The notes under the pieces are model-generated. The model worked only from the letters and a program-made list of their open reading frames with translations. It searched no databases and had not been told where the DNA came from. Source: a virus (taxonomy: Duplodnaviria; Caudoviricetes). Taken from it: DNA of 64,000 nucleotides. Shown here one piece after another: positions 20,039 through 30,028 of this stretch (its first letter is position 1; each line of letters begins with the position of its first letter). The translations under genes were made by a program, and so were the position numbers. The stretch covers positions 15,786 to 79,785 of IMG/VR virus record IMGVR_UViG_3300032030_000056; one strand, 5' to 3'.

Positions 20039-21028
20039 ATGGCAGAAATTTATCAATTGCCCGAAAACGGCAACAACAACGGAACTAACATTCCCTTCTC
20101 CATTCCCATCGGTTTTGGCGGATATGGTAATGGATTCGGTAATGGATTTGGAAGTTTCAACAGCATTGCAGATTTGTTCGGTCTTGCTATCATCGCCTCG
20201 ATGTTTGGTTGGGGTAATGGCGGCTTTGGTGGTGGCTTTGGTTTTGGCGGCAACAATGGTGCTGCTGGTTTCCTTGCTAACCAAATGAACAACGATAGTG
20301 GTCGTGAGTTAATCATGAACGCAATCACCAATCAAGGTGAGGCAAGTCGCACCGCTATTCAGACCCTTTCCACGATGCTTGGTCAAGACTTTAACCTTGT
20401 GAACGCAGGTATTCAGAGCGCACAGAACACGCTTAATCAGATTGCCAACGCACAGGGTATGTCAACCTTGCAGATGATTAATGCTGTTCAAGCAGGTGAT
20501 GCTAACCTTGCAAGCACCATTCAAAAGTGCTGCTGTGACAACCAACTCGCCATGTGCCAGCAGACCAACGCTTTACAGAACAGCATCAATGGCGTAAACA
20601 ACAGCGTCAATGCCAAGGCTGCGGCAGACCAGTTGGCCATGTGCCAGCAGACCTATGCGCTCACAGACAACATGAACCGCAACTATCTTGCTCTTGATAA
20701 CAAGATTGATTCGCTTGAAAGCAACCGCAAAGACCGTGAGATTACCGCACTGACCGCCAAGGTTGCCGAATTGGAATCGCAGAAGTTTACGACTGGTGTT
20801 GTTCAGCAGGCCGTCAGCCCGATTCTTGGTCAGTTGTCGGCATTAAACAACGAGATTGACGACATTAAATGCAAACTCCCTGAGACCGTTAGTGTTCAAT
20901 ACCCCAATTTGCAGGTTGTAAACGCTACGCCTTACGTTAATGGCGGTTTCTATCCCAACAACGGCTTTAACTACTTTGGAAACGGTTTCTTTGGTGGTAA
21001 CGGCTTCGGTAATGGCATCGTATTCTAA
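20039..21028 (+). CDS. Gly/Phe/Asn-rich protein with hydrophobic segment, coiled coil and CCC motif; function unknown
   Basis: GFGN repeats at both ends, LAIIASMFGWG hydrophobic stretch, IQKCCCDNQL, duplicated QLAMCQQT; ATG at 20039. Confidence 0.85.
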   Translation: MAEIYQLPENGNNNGTNIPFSIPIGFGGYGNGFGNGFGSFNSIADLFGLAIIASMFGWGNGGFGGGFGFGGNNGAAGFLANQMNNDSGRELIMNAITNQGEASRTAIQTLSTMLGQDFNLVNAGIQSAQNTLNQIANAQGMSTLQMINAVQAGDANLASTIQKCCCDNQLAMCQQTNALQNSINGVNNSVNAKAAADQLAMCQQTYALTDNMNRNYLALDNKIDSLESNRKDREITALTAKVAELESQKFTTGVVQQAVSPILGQLSALNNEIDDIKCKLPETVSVQYPNLQVVNATPYVNGGFYPNNGFNYFGNGFFGGNGFGNGIVF

Positions 21029-21055
21029 TTAAAGCAATTCAAGGAGGATAAGGAA

Positions 21056-21397
21056 ATGGGAAATTGTTTTAATATTACTACTAACGCAGGTGGTATTCCG
21101 TATTTGAACGTGACCAATGTAACCGTTGGCACGGAATCGGTTGACCTTGCGCTTGGTTTTCGCAGAATACAGCCAGTAGGTTATCTTACTATCCGTCTTG
21201 CAACCGCAATTCCTGCCGATGCAACGACCACATTGCCCGTAACGCTTACTCTTAACGGCACTACTCGTAACCTTACATTATTTGATGGTACGCAAGTTAC
21301 TGTTGCCGATTTGATTGGCGGTACTGGTGTGTTCCTTGTTTTCAATGACCGTTTCAACGGGATTTTGCAACTTGTTTCAAGGACGGTAGGGGCTTAA
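21056..21397 (+). CDS. Small beta-rich protein of the cassette
   Basis: 113 aa, alternating beta pattern, AAGGAGG upstream. Confidence 0.8.
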   Translation: MGNCFNITTNAGGIPYLNVTNVTVGTESVDLALGFRRIQPVGYLTIRLATAIPADATTTLPVTLTLNGTTRNLTLFDGTQVTVADLIGGTGVFLVFNDRFNGILQLVSRTVGA

Positions 21398-21436
21398 CAC
21401 TAAATTTTTACTAACAAATTAATTACAAACAACAAT

Positions 21437-21949
21437 ATGGATTTCAATAGTTTAGGAAACGGCAATCCTTTTTATGTATTGCGAAAGGGTGAGAAACCGA
21501 CTTTAGATGTTGGTGTAGTAAAGTCAAAATCACAGCCAAGGGCAAAGTTCAATACCCAAAATCCTAATGTGATGATTGGGTTACAGCCTCAGCAAGTTAT
21601 TGATGTGGTTGCCACAATCAACGGCAAGGATGAAACATTTGGTGAGATACCGATTAACATTGAAATCGCTGAACGTGGCAACAACACGTTTAGTGGTAGT
21701 CGTGAAGCGATGTTGCAAGCGGTTGATGCGATGCTACAAACGTCAAAGAAAGCGATTGAGCAAGTAGGTTATCACAAGTCGGTGATTACGGAAAGCGAAA
21801 AGATGTTAGAGGTGTTGAACCCACGATATGCCGAGGAAAAGCGTCAAGCAAGGACTATCAGCGAACTTGAGAAACGTCAAGCGGCAACAGACCAAAAACT
21901 AGATAGTATTCTTTCGATTTTACAAAAGTTGGATTCGCCAGCTAGCTAA
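21437..21949 (+). CDS. Protein with beta N-terminus and C-terminal coiled coil
   Basis: 170-aa ORF with A-rich start context. Confidence 0.8.
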   Translation: MDFNSLGNGNPFYVLRKGEKPTLDVGVVKSKSQPRAKFNTQNPNVMIGLQPQQVIDVVATINGKDETFGEIPINIEIAERGNNTFSGSREAMLQAVDAMLQTSKKAIEQVGYHKSVITESEKMLEVLNPRYAEEKRQARTISELEKRQAATDQKLDSILSILQKLDSPAS

Positions 21950-21978
21950 CAAATCCATCACAAACAAAGCATTTAATC

Positions 21979-22230
21979 ATGGGATATATTTTTGTAGATA
22001 GAGAAAGCGAAAGTGGCGGTGGCATGGAAAAGATGCGTCAGCAGATGCGCCGTAATATGCGTGGTGGCAACTATCGTGGCGGCAGTGGTAGCGGTAGCGG
22101 TAGTGGCAACTATCGTGATGGCTATCGTCAAGGCTACAAGCATGGTTGGGAAGACCACGAGGATGATTGGATGGAAGACGATGAAATCGAATATCGTCGT
22201 CGCAGGGATAGCCGTGGCCGCTATATGTAA
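21979..22230 (+). CDS. Disordered Arg/Gly-rich small protein
   Basis: RGGNYRGGSGSGSGSGNYRDGY, acidic patch, ends RRRRDSRGRYM. Confidence 0.75.
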   Translation: MGYIFVDRESESGGGMEKMRQQMRRNMRGGNYRGGSGSGSGSGNYRDGYRQGYKHGWEDHEDDWMEDDEIEYRRRRDSRGRYM

Positions 22231-22337
22231 TCCAATTCCATTGTAATAAACAAAAACGATAGTCAGTCGGTGTGTAGCCAACATAAACGTGTTACACCCG
22301 ACTGATTTTCATTAAACCAAAAACGACAAGAACGATT

Positions 22338-22748
22338 ATGAATAATTTTTTGAATTACATGATACCAGAGGACATGGAACAGTATCTTTCATACTACGGC
22401 ATGAACTTCAACAAAAAGTTGTGTGAATTTGCGGTAGGCTTGATGGAAAGAGAGGATGCAAGCGGTTCGGTTGTTAAGTTATCACCAATGAAACTTGAAG
22501 ACTTAAAGACGTTGCTTGCTAACCACAAGATAGATATAGAGCAAAAAGATTGGTACAATGCCTTATATATTGCCAACATGGTCAAGGCAGACTATTGGGG
22601 TAGTAGTATCGAGGATGATGCACACTTGGCTAAATATGTCGAAGATGTGATTTGTGATGTTGATGCGGCAGACGGTCAAACCTTTGCACGTTTCCTTGCA
22701 GACTGTTCGATTAAAGGGGTGCCTATATACTGGAACTTAATGCTATGA
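22338..22748 (+). CDS. Conserved-looking helical hypothetical protein
   Basis: 136-aa ORF; YIANMVKADYWGSSI. Confidence 0.8.
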   Translation: MNNFLNYMIPEDMEQYLSYYGMNFNKKLCEFAVGLMEREDASGSVVKLSPMKLEDLKTLLANHKIDIEQKDWYNALYIANMVKADYWGSSIEDDAHLAKYVEDVICDVDAADGQTFARFLADCSIKGVPIYWNLML

Positions 22749-22754
22749 TGTGTT

Positions 22755-23150
22755 ATGGTAACGAAATATCTTGATGTTCCTCAAAACAAATGGGGAATAG
22801 TTGTAGTCCTTGATTACGATGTTGATTATGAATATCGTGATATTAAGGCTATAATGATGAGTTTCGGCATTTTGGATGAAAGCAAGATTGAAAGGTCTAT
22901 GCGCATATTATCCGAGCCGAACACTGGCATGACAATTTCAAATATTGACTTGTGTATGTCCGTGATTTTCATTTCTGAAGCAACAAGCACAAGTGAATGG
23001 TGGGACACTAGTTTGCATGAGTTATATCATGTGTCAAATGCAATCATTGACTACTATGGTGTTCCTTACGAAAGTGAAGATGCTGCATATTTGATGGGTT
23101 ACTTGACAAAGGAATTTATTGAGAAAGTCGGCAATCCGTGCTACGATTAA
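22755..23150 (+). CDS. Small HExxH zinc-metallopeptidase-like protein
   Basis: SLHELYH followed by ESEDAAYLMGYL. Confidence 0.6.
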   Translation: MVTKYLDVPQNKWGIVVVLDYDVDYEYRDIKAIMMSFGILDESKIERSMRILSEPNTGMTISNIDLCMSVIFISEATSTSEWWDTSLHELYHVSNAIIDYYGVPYESEDAAYLMGYLTKEFIEKVGNPCYD

Positions 23151-23235
23151 TTTTAAGACGTTTTAAGCGCATTTTACGGCTTAGTGGATAAGTTGTACCA
23201 CATTAACCATAAAATGCGCTTAGACGTGCTTAAAA
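23151..23235. repeat. Intergenic ~85-bp imperfect palindrome, copy 1
   Basis: TAAGCGCATTTTA...TAAAATGCGCTTA (13-bp perfect arm) at the convergent junction of the two operons. Confidence 0.8.
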
Positions 23236-23252
23236 CGGCAAATACGGCTATT

Positions 23253-23438
23253 TTAACTTGTGTACCCTAGTTGCCGCATCAATTCATCAGCGTATTTAAC
23301 CGTTTCTTCACAAACTACAGCCCTTAACTTTGATTCGGGCAACAATGCTTCTTTTTTGATGTCCTTGTACAAAGTGGGCATCATTTGCATGGCGATACAC
23401 GCTCTAATGTTTTCTGCGTTTTCACTTGTATATTTCAT
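23253..23438 (-). CDS. Hypothetical protein
   Basis: 61-aa ORF, co-directional, tightly packed. Confidence 0.6.
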   Translation of the reverse strand: MKYTSENAENIRACIAMQMMPTLYKDIKKEALLPESKLRAVVCEETVKYADELMRQLGYTS

Positions 23439-23444
23439 ATAGCA

Positions 23445-24065
23445 TCACAAACTTAGTGGTTCTGGTATATATTTTTGTTGTTCTTCTACCCATGTGAACT
23501 TAGCACCGCAATGCGGGCAAATGATTGACAAACCTTTTGCTACATCAATTTCACGAGAGCAATTAGGGCAAAGCGCATTAAAATGTGGATAGACCGAGAT
23601 AAAGTGACGTTCAAATCCGTCACCTCCCTCTAATGCGCCCTGTGCAGCCAACTCACGAATCAATGCCGTGATGTCACGCACACTTGCCTCTTCCAAGTTT
23701 TCACTACGCTTGGCGAGTAAGTTTGAAAGCATTTGCACAATTTCCTCTGCGCTGAACTTGTAGTCAGAAAGGTTTCTTGCTTGCGCTTGAATGTCGGTGC
23801 GGTATAATTCAGACACATGGTCTTTCAAATGCACACATTCTTGTTGTTGAAGCATAACGCTTGCATCCTTTTTTAAACTTGCAAGGTAGTCTTGTTCTTC
23901 CTCCGTGCCTTGCATACGTTTGAAATTAGCCAAGTCGTAAACCATTGCATAAGCAACAGCATCCTCTTCGCCCAATGCAACCATCGTTACGAAAAAGTAT
24001 TGCTTTTCATCAAACGTGATGTTTCTTGTGCGCAATGTTTCAAGTGTTGATAAGTAATCGAGCAT
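23445..24065 (-). CDS. Helical protein with C-terminal Zn ribbon; possible small terminase
   Basis: CPNC...CPHC Zn finger; N-terminal VAYAMVY resembles TerS HTH segments (weak). Confidence 0.45.
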   Translation of the reverse strand: MLDYLSTLETLRTRNITFDEKQYFFVTMVALGEEDAVAYAMVYDLANFKRMQGTEEEQDYLASLKKDASVMLQQQECVHLKDHVSELYRTDIQAQARNLSDYKFSAEEIVQMLSNLLAKRSENLEEASVRDITALIRELAAQGALEGGDGFERHFISVYPHFNALCPNCSREIDVAKGLSIICPHCGAKFTWVEEQQKYIPEPLSL

Positions 24066-24073
24066 ATCCTATA

Positions 24074-24598
24074 TTATAAGTTTTTGCGTCTTGCGTATTC
24101 ACACATCAGTACGCTATCAACCTTGTTATCATCAACTTTTTTTGAACGTGCTGACTTTCTAAAGTCAATAGTGGGGAATAATCTTTTTGCGCAATTGATT
24201 GAGGTTTGCTTTGTGTTAACCTCTTTCCTTGTCGTTTCCTTACCCCTAATGGTTACTGCCTTGTAATTAACAACCATATCCGAGTTAGACCACATTTCAT
24301 GTTGCCATTCTTTCGGTTGGATTAGGGTATAAGGGATTCTGCTTGCTGCAAGCAAGCCAATCAAGTACCCTTTGTTGAACCCGAAAGCAAAAGTAGCCTT
24401 TGCACTACTTCCCATTATAGCATGGACATCTTCAATCACACAAGCGATATTTTCATACCTATTGCGGATATCAAGCATTATTTGGCTTAATTCGTACAAG
24501 TCATGGTCTTCAATGCTATAATATTCCCAAGCACCATCGTGTTGTAAGGATATAAAACCTTTACTACCGACATCAATTCCTATGTATGTTTTCTCCAT
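24074..24598 (-). CDS. ruvC: RuvC-like Holliday junction resolvase
   Basis: YIGIDVG, VIEDV, QPKEWQ and DNKVDSVL acidic motifs. Confidence 0.85.
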   Translation of the reverse strand: MEKTYIGIDVGSKGFISLQHDGAWEYYSIEDHDLYELSQIMLDIRNRYENIACVIEDVHAIMGSSAKATFAFGFNKGYLIGLLAASRIPYTLIQPKEWQHEMWSNSDMVVNYKAVTIRGKETTRKEVNTKQTSINCAKRLFPTIDFRKSARSKKVDDNKVDSVLMCEYARRKNL

Positions 24599-24604
24599 TT
24601 TGTA

Positions 24605-25030
24605 TTAATTTTTTTGTTGCACAATCTTAAACTCAATCTTGCCTTTTGCCGCTTTAGGTATGCCAATAGTTATCACTATGGGTTCTTCAAACTTGTCGGC
24701 TTTTTTAATTTCCAATAGTTGTCGTATTTCTTCCCATTTCTTACCCCAATAGTTTGATTTTGAGATAAGATTGATTGTTTTTGTTGTCGTTCCGCAAACG
24801 GATTGGCTCGTGAACGCACTCCCTTTCGTGTGCAGTACTTGTGCAATCCTTGTGTATGTCATTCCAGTAATTTGACGCATTGCATACCAACAGAGTCCAC
24901 GGCAATTAGGATAAGGCATTGATTTGCTATGTAACAATCCTTCAATAGTCACGTCACAAACATCGCAAACGACTTGGAACACCTTATCCATCAGTTCACT
25001 TTCGCTAATGCTTTTTTCTGTTTCTTTCAT
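24605..25030 (-). CDS. HTH protein resembling the DnaA C-terminal domain
   Basis: VCDVCDVTIEGLLHSKS...RGLCWYAMRQITGMTYTRIA. Confidence 0.55.
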   Translation of the reverse strand: MKETEKSISESELMDKVFQVVCDVCDVTIEGLLHSKSMPYPNCRGLCWYAMRQITGMTYTRIAQVLHTKGSAFTSQSVCGTTTKTINLISKSNYWGKKWEEIRQLLEIKKADKFEEPIVITIGIPKAAKGKIEFKIVQQKN

Positions 25031-25451
25031 TTATTCCGTTTATTATTGTTTGTTGATTCATTGGAAGCCTTTCAACGAACAAGTTAAGACGTTGCTTGTC
25101 TTTACCAAGCACTCTATCCCAAATGCCGACAACGGAATATCTGAAGCGGAAAAAGGTGCAAACCCCTTTATAAGCGACTGTGTTTTCGTCAACTTGCTTT
25201 TGCAGGTATATTTCCCATCTTGGTTGCCTTTGCCTTTCTTTGTACGTTTCTGACTTGTTATCGTATTCAAGCAATGGCTTTCGCCTTATCCAAAGGTATG
25301 ACTTGCCGTCTTCTTTGAAATAAACCCCGTAAATTGGCGACAAGTCTATACCTTCGATTGTTAGTACACCCTCATACCTGCCACCTGAACGTCTTTCGAT
25401 GTAGCCGTTCAAGTAGTTGTTATAGGTATGTTGGGTGTCAAATGCGCTCAT
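25005..25451 (-). CDS. Hypothetical protein
   Basis: 148-aa ORF in the replication operon. Confidence 0.7.
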   Translation of the reverse strand: MSAFDTQHTYNNYLNGYIERRSGGRYEGVLTIEGIDLSPIYGVYFKEDGKSYLWIRRKPLLEYDNKSETYKERQRQPRWEIYLQKQVDENTVAYKGVCTFFRFRYSVVGIWDRVLGKDKQRLNLFVERLPMNQQTIINGINERNRKKH

Positions 25452-25452
25452 G

Positions 25453-25848
25453 TTAATTTCTGCCGATATCGGTTAATTCCTCAGTCCAGTCTTGACAATC
25501 AGCAAGCAGTCGTATCAAATATGAGTATCGACCACTGCCTTTTGATGTGTTAGGTAATTCAGCTTGAACAAATTCTTTCAGTTCGTTAAGCATTTCAACA
25601 ATGGTGAAGTGACCGCTATCGTTATATGCGTTCTCCCAATCAGTTTCATCGGTGCAAACAACTGGATATTCGTGGTGTTCTTCGCCAGTCATTTCAAACC
25701 CATAATCGCAAGTGGTCACATTTACAGAACTTTTTACCAATGAATATTCAATGTAAATATCAAAGTTAAGTTCTTTATCCTCCTGTTGGTTATATGGTGC
25801 GTTAGGGTCGTCTGCCGCACCCATCGGGTAATTATCTTTATAACTCAT
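25453..25848 (-). CDS. Hypothetical acidic protein
   Basis: 131-aa ORF overlapping the dnaN stop. Confidence 0.7.
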   Translation of the reverse strand: MSYKDNYPMGAADDPNAPYNQQEDKELNFDIYIEYSLVKSSVNVTTCDYGFEMTGEEHHEYPVVCTDETDWENAYNDSGHFTIVEMLNELKEFVQAELPNTSKGSGRYSYLIRLLADCQDWTEELTDIGRN

Positions 25849-27013
25849 GAATCATCATCGGCATTTGAATTGAAACATAATCAGTATTCTCGACTTGTTC
25901 ATCGGGCAACACCATAGCTGCCCTTTGACCGCTAATCAACTTGATGCGAACATTTTCGCTTTTCACATTCTTGATAACATCAACAAATGCACTGCAAGTG
26001 AAACCGATTTGAACCATTTCCCCATTGTATTCGCAAGGGAATGTTTCTTTTGCTCTTGTGCTGTAATCAACATCAGATGCCGAAATTTCAACAATGTTGT
26101 TCTCAAAAGTCAACACAACCATTTGTGTCTTTTGGTTGCCGAAAGCCGACACACGACGAAGTGCGGAAATGAAAGCATCACGAGCAATAACGACAACCTT
26201 ATCATTTGGGTATTCTGGCAACACTGCGTCATAGTTCGGGTATCTGCCATTTGCCAACCTAGTTGACATTTTCATCACATGGTTGGAAATGGTAAACTTA
26301 GAATCGTCAAACTCGACATTCATCGCCATGCCATCGCCATCGGTTAAATTTGACATTGAAAGGTAGTTGGAGATTACACTAGAAGGCTTTTTAGGAATAG
26401 TGAAGCCACAACCAATAGCACAATCATCAAACATGATGTTTTCCTTAAACCGCACAAGTTTTCGTGTATCGGTTGCCACAAACACTAGTTCCTTTTTACC
26501 TTGTTCATCTGCGATAAAATCAACATGGATGCCGCACATCTGCGGTCTTAGTTCATCATTATCAACCGCAAACTCGGTAGTATTGATGCCACTGAACAGG
26601 TCTTTTGAATTGATTTGCAATGAAACCAGCTTTCCGTTAGGCACATCGCTCGACATCGGATATTCGCTTGCATCCAAGTATGGTAATTCAAATTGGCCAT
26701 TATTGTACTTGAATGTGGCAATGTGCGATTCATCGTTTAATTCAAGTTCAACGATTGCGTCACCAAGAGAGCGTAATCCAAGCGTAAGTTTTTGTGAGTC
26801 GATACAAAAAGCAAGTTTTTCATCAGTAGGTGTAAACAAAGGCACATTCAGTGACATCCATGTTTCGCCATCGCTTCCAGTGATATTCATGCCATTTTCG
26901 GTTTCAAACCTCAAATAGTCGAACATACGGATAATGTTTTTGTTGTTGCACAATTGCGCTAATTGAACAACGCTAGGCAACACATCACTCGCCTTGAATT
27001 TAATCATTTTCAT
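25838..27013 (-). CDS. dnaN: DNA polymerase III beta sliding clamp
   Basis: 391 aa; DELRPQMCGI, FVATDTRKL, GRYPNYDAVLP, VQIGFT, C-terminal IQMPMMI. Confidence 0.92.
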   Translation of the reverse strand: MKMIKFKASDVLPSVVQLAQLCNNKNIIRMFDYLRFETENGMNITGSDGETWMSLNVPLFTPTDEKLAFCIDSQKLTLGLRSLGDAIVELELNDESHIATFKYNNGQFELPYLDASEYPMSSDVPNGKLVSLQINSKDLFSGINTTEFAVDNDELRPQMCGIHVDFIADEQGKKELVFVATDTRKLVRFKENIMFDDCAIGCGFTIPKKPSSVISNYLSMSNLTDGDGMAMNVEFDDSKFTISNHVMKMSTRLANGRYPNYDAVLPEYPNDKVVVIARDAFISALRRVSAFGNQKTQMVVLTFENNIVEISASDVDYSTRAKETFPCEYNGEMVQIGFTCSAFVDVIKNVKSENVRIKLISGQRAAMVLPDEQVENTDYVSIQMPMMIHEL

Positions 27014-27046
27014 AATCTTTTGTTTTCCGTTTTGTTAAAGTTGTTG

Positions 27047-27077
27047 CAAAGATAGTTTATTGTTTTTAATATCCAAA
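27047..27077 (-). promoter_or_regulatory. Promoter, variant of the shared architecture (TTTGGATATTAAAA-N9-TATCTTTG)
   Basis: TAnnTTTG box with AATAT-containing upstream block; precedes dnaN. Confidence 0.6.
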
Positions 27078-27078
27078 A

Positions 27079-27414
27079 TTATTTGTCAATGTTTTTGTTT
27101 TTGTGCTTAAACAAGAGTACTGACAACTTGCTATATATGCCTTGACGATGCAGTTTCTTGATTTTGTCAAAAATGTCATTATCAAAGCAAAAGCGGTAAG
27201 AAAGACCTAACATTTTAGGCACTTCGTCACGATTTACACGTTCATCATCGCAAAGTCTAGAAAGCATCAATGTTTCTTCTTCCGTTGCAGAACATTCGCC
27301 ACGTTTGTTCTCCTGTATCAAGTTGTCAAGCCATTCCTTTAAGCCAAACTTACTGGCCAAGTCTTTCAACATTGATAGGTAGTGACGTGCTATGCGTTGC
27401 AGTTCTTCATTCAT
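27079..27414 (-). CDS. Hypothetical protein
   Basis: 111-aa helical ORF. Confidence 0.7.
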   Translation of the reverse strand: MNEELQRIARHYLSMLKDLASKFGLKEWLDNLIQENKRGECSATEEETLMLSRLCDDERVNRDEVPKMLGLSYRFCFDNDIFDKIKKLHRQGIYSKLSVLLFKHKNKNIDK

Positions 27415-27602
27415 TGTTCTCTTAACCTTATGGTTATTGAATAATCATTAAGTGGAAGTAATTCACATATTCCAAGTTTAGAATTGAAAGAACAGTCTGG
27501 CGTCTGTACTTCTTGACATACTGACACTTCAATAGGTATTAACTTTTGTTTCTCTGCATCAGTGATTAAATCATAGATGTTTTTATATGTTATTCGTTCC
27601 AT
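27411..27602 (-). CDS. Hypothetical protein
   Basis: Probable start MERITYKN at 27602; ATGA overlap with the downstream gene. Confidence 0.5.
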   Translation of the reverse strand: MERITYKNIYDLITDAEKQKLIPIEVSVCQEVQTPDCSFNSKLGICELLPLNDYSITIRLREQ

Positions 27603-27616
27603 ATTGTTGTTTTTTG

Positions 27617-27701
27617 TTTTAAGCCGTTTTAAGGGCATTAATTTGCTTGGTTAATAAACTATACCACCTAAGTAGCAAAATAGCGTCAAACACGCTTAAA
27701 A
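27617..27701. repeat. Intergenic palindrome, copy 2
   Basis: TTTTAAGCCGTTTTAAGGGC...GGTTAATAAACTATACC...GCTTAAAAT. Confidence 0.7.
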
Positions 27702-27718
27702 TGCAAAATAGGCATATT

Positions 27719-29860
27719 CTAAAATGGTGCAGGGTTGTCGCTTGGTGTAAAATCATCCCACAAAGGCGGTTCTTCTTGTGCTTGCGCCATTTGTTGCGGT
27801 TGTGGTTGATATTCCATTTGCACTTGCGTAGGATTTTCTTCCCAACCATAATGGATAACCTCATCTTGCGTGTTTTTAAACCTTCGGCTTTCTATTTCAT
27901 AGTGCATACCGACCATGTGGTCAACAATGCCGTACATTCTGTTCTTGCAAACCTCAATCACATTGCCAAAACCTTGATACCTTTGTATCTCGCCTTGACC
28001 GAAATACTCTGCACCAGTTCGCAAAAAGTCGTTGTTTACACGATGCACGATAAACACGTTGTCAACGGCATTGGTTAAGTCGCTAGAGCCGCTGATGTCG
28101 TTTTTACGCAAAAAAGTCAATGATTTTCGTGGGTGAGCAACCAAGATGATATGCACGTTGTTCCTTTTCGCAAAATCCTTGATTTGGAGTATCAATTCCT
28201 TTTGCTTGTTGTTCCTATCTCCGTCAAAAAGGTCAATATCCAACGAAAACAAGTTGTCAAGCGTAAAAACCTTAACATTCGCTTTCAACAACTCTTCCAT
28301 ATCGTGAAAGATTTGTTGCCATTTAGTGCCATACTCGTTGTTGTAAAGGAAAAACTTTCCGTCAAGCCAATGGTCAATGCTTTCTGCCACACCTTGCGGC
28401 ACATAATACTTGCCATTGCCATAAGATGATGGCTTTAGGTGTTCACGACCAGCAGCAACCATTTGCAACCATGCTTTCAAGATGTCGGGGCGCAACTCAC
28501 CACTCCATAAAGCAACATTTGTGCCTTGTTGGACTATATTCAAAAGCAAAGTGTTTAACCATGATGATTTACCGCTACTGTTGCTACCACTTAACAACGT
28601 AACCTCAGACATATTCAACCCTACAATAGCTCGGTCAAGTTCAATAAAGCCAGTTTTTACGTTTTCTAGCGCAGATAGGTCTATTTTTTTGATGTCTGAC
28701 AAACATAGCCATTTACCACCCAATTCGGGTAATTCCTGCTTAATCTCATACTTTGGCTTTGGCGGCCTCATGTATGGCATAGGCATCATAGGCGGCATAT
28801 TGCCATATTGTTGTTGCCTATCATAAGCGTTTGGCTCGTATTTCAACCTTACATCATGCCATTTCTTGTCTTTGCAATGTGAATGAGTGCAATTAAACGT
28901 GATTTTACCCTGTCCATCAACAAATAATGCACTATCCCATTTTTTGCGGTCACTATGGTTCTCAATCCAAGGACAAAACTCCAATTCATAGATTGTGCTA
29001 TCACCACTTGATTTTTGCCTATATTTTATGCCTTGCCTATCCAACCAAGATGATAGAGTGAATTGTGTCAAACCAACCCAATTGCCACGAAATGCAACTG
29101 GAGATTGCTTTGGTCCTTCTTTTGGCAATAAGTCGGCAATCTTATGAAATAGTGAATCATCATTTGCTGATAAGTCTTGAGGCACTTTAACAACCCTTGC
29201 AATCCTCCAAGGTCTTTCTTGACTGTTTGCGCCTTTCTTTGCCCATGTGCCTAGTAACTTGTCAATTCTTGCAGGATTGAACACTTTTTCATCTATGCCA
29301 ACGTGTTGGTCACTAAACAAAACACTCAAGGATTGGAGAAACCTTTTTACCAACTCATTATGTTCATTGTCATTCGGCATATTGCATGGCAAGTAAAGAT
29401 GCCATCCATTTCCGCTTACTGTCACAATAGGTTCGTTAAATCCTTGTTTAAGCAAGTATTTATACACATCAACGCATTTTTGGTGCGCTTGCTCAAATTC
29501 CTCATTGCTTGAACTAATACCTGCCGCCCTATTTGGGTCAAGGTCTATCATCACAAATCTTCGTCTTGTGATGTCACCATCGGTTGTCGTGCTTTTTGGC
29601 TTTTTGACAAATATATCCCTTTGCTCACGGCTATACAAATCGGTGTTGATGTCATTTAGCGTGAAATAGGCTTGCATAGTGCCATAGAATTTCTCGCTAT
29701 CATGTGACAACAATGGTTTCAGTCTTGCAACCAATGTTTCAACATTTGTAAAGTAGCCGCTGAAAGTAGTCTTGCCTAAAAGTCGTATTTCGACAAGTTT
29801 ACCATCACGCTTGAAGATTTGCCACCACAATTGTAGTTGTTGTTCGTCTATCTCGTACAT
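27719..29860 (-). CDS. Primase-helicase fusion (AEP primase + Zn-binding segment + SF4/DnaB-like helicase)
   Basis: MIDLD and SGNGWHLY AEP motifs; FCPW...CTHSHC; GSNSSGKSS Walker A; LVAHPRK; ISGSSDLTNAVD. Confidence 0.88.
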   Translation of the reverse strand: MYEIDEQQLQLWWQIFKRDGKLVEIRLLGKTTFSGYFTNVETLVARLKPLLSHDSEKFYGTMQAYFTLNDINTDLYSREQRDIFVKKPKSTTTDGDITRRRFVMIDLDPNRAAGISSSNEEFEQAHQKCVDVYKYLLKQGFNEPIVTVSGNGWHLYLPCNMPNDNEHNELVKRFLQSLSVLFSDQHVGIDEKVFNPARIDKLLGTWAKKGANSQERPWRIARVVKVPQDLSANDDSLFHKIADLLPKEGPKQSPVAFRGNWVGLTQFTLSSWLDRQGIKYRQKSSGDSTIYELEFCPWIENHSDRKKWDSALFVDGQGKITFNCTHSHCKDKKWHDVRLKYEPNAYDRQQQYGNMPPMMPMPYMRPPKPKYEIKQELPELGGKWLCLSDIKKIDLSALENVKTGFIELDRAIVGLNMSEVTLLSGSNSSGKSSWLNTLLLNIVQQGTNVALWSGELRPDILKAWLQMVAAGREHLKPSSYGNGKYYVPQGVAESIDHWLDGKFFLYNNEYGTKWQQIFHDMEELLKANVKVFTLDNLFSLDIDLFDGDRNNKQKELILQIKDFAKRNNVHIILVAHPRKSLTFLRKNDISGSSDLTNAVDNVFIVHRVNNDFLRTGAEYFGQGEIQRYQGFGNVIEVCKNRMYGIVDHMVGMHYEIESRRFKNTQDEVIHYGWEENPTQVQMEYQPQPQQMAQAQEEPPLWDDFTPSDNPAPF

Positions 29861-29866
29861 AGCGAA

Positions 29867-30028
29867 TTATGTTGTTATGTTGCAGCTATAATGATATACA
29901 CTATAATCTAGGTATGTCGAAGTTGAATACCTTTCAATAGTTATAGATTTGATACTGCAACCATGTTCTTTCTCAAATTGTGTTGCTAACTTGATAAATT
30001 CCTCTTTGTATTGGTCTATCGTTTTCAT
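29867..30028 (-). CDS. Small hypothetical protein
   Basis: Start MKTIDQYKEE in ATGA overlap with the initiator stop. Confidence 0.55.
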   Translation of the reverse strand: MKTIDQYKEEFIKLATQFEKEHGCSIKSITIERYSTSTYLDYSVYHYSCNITT

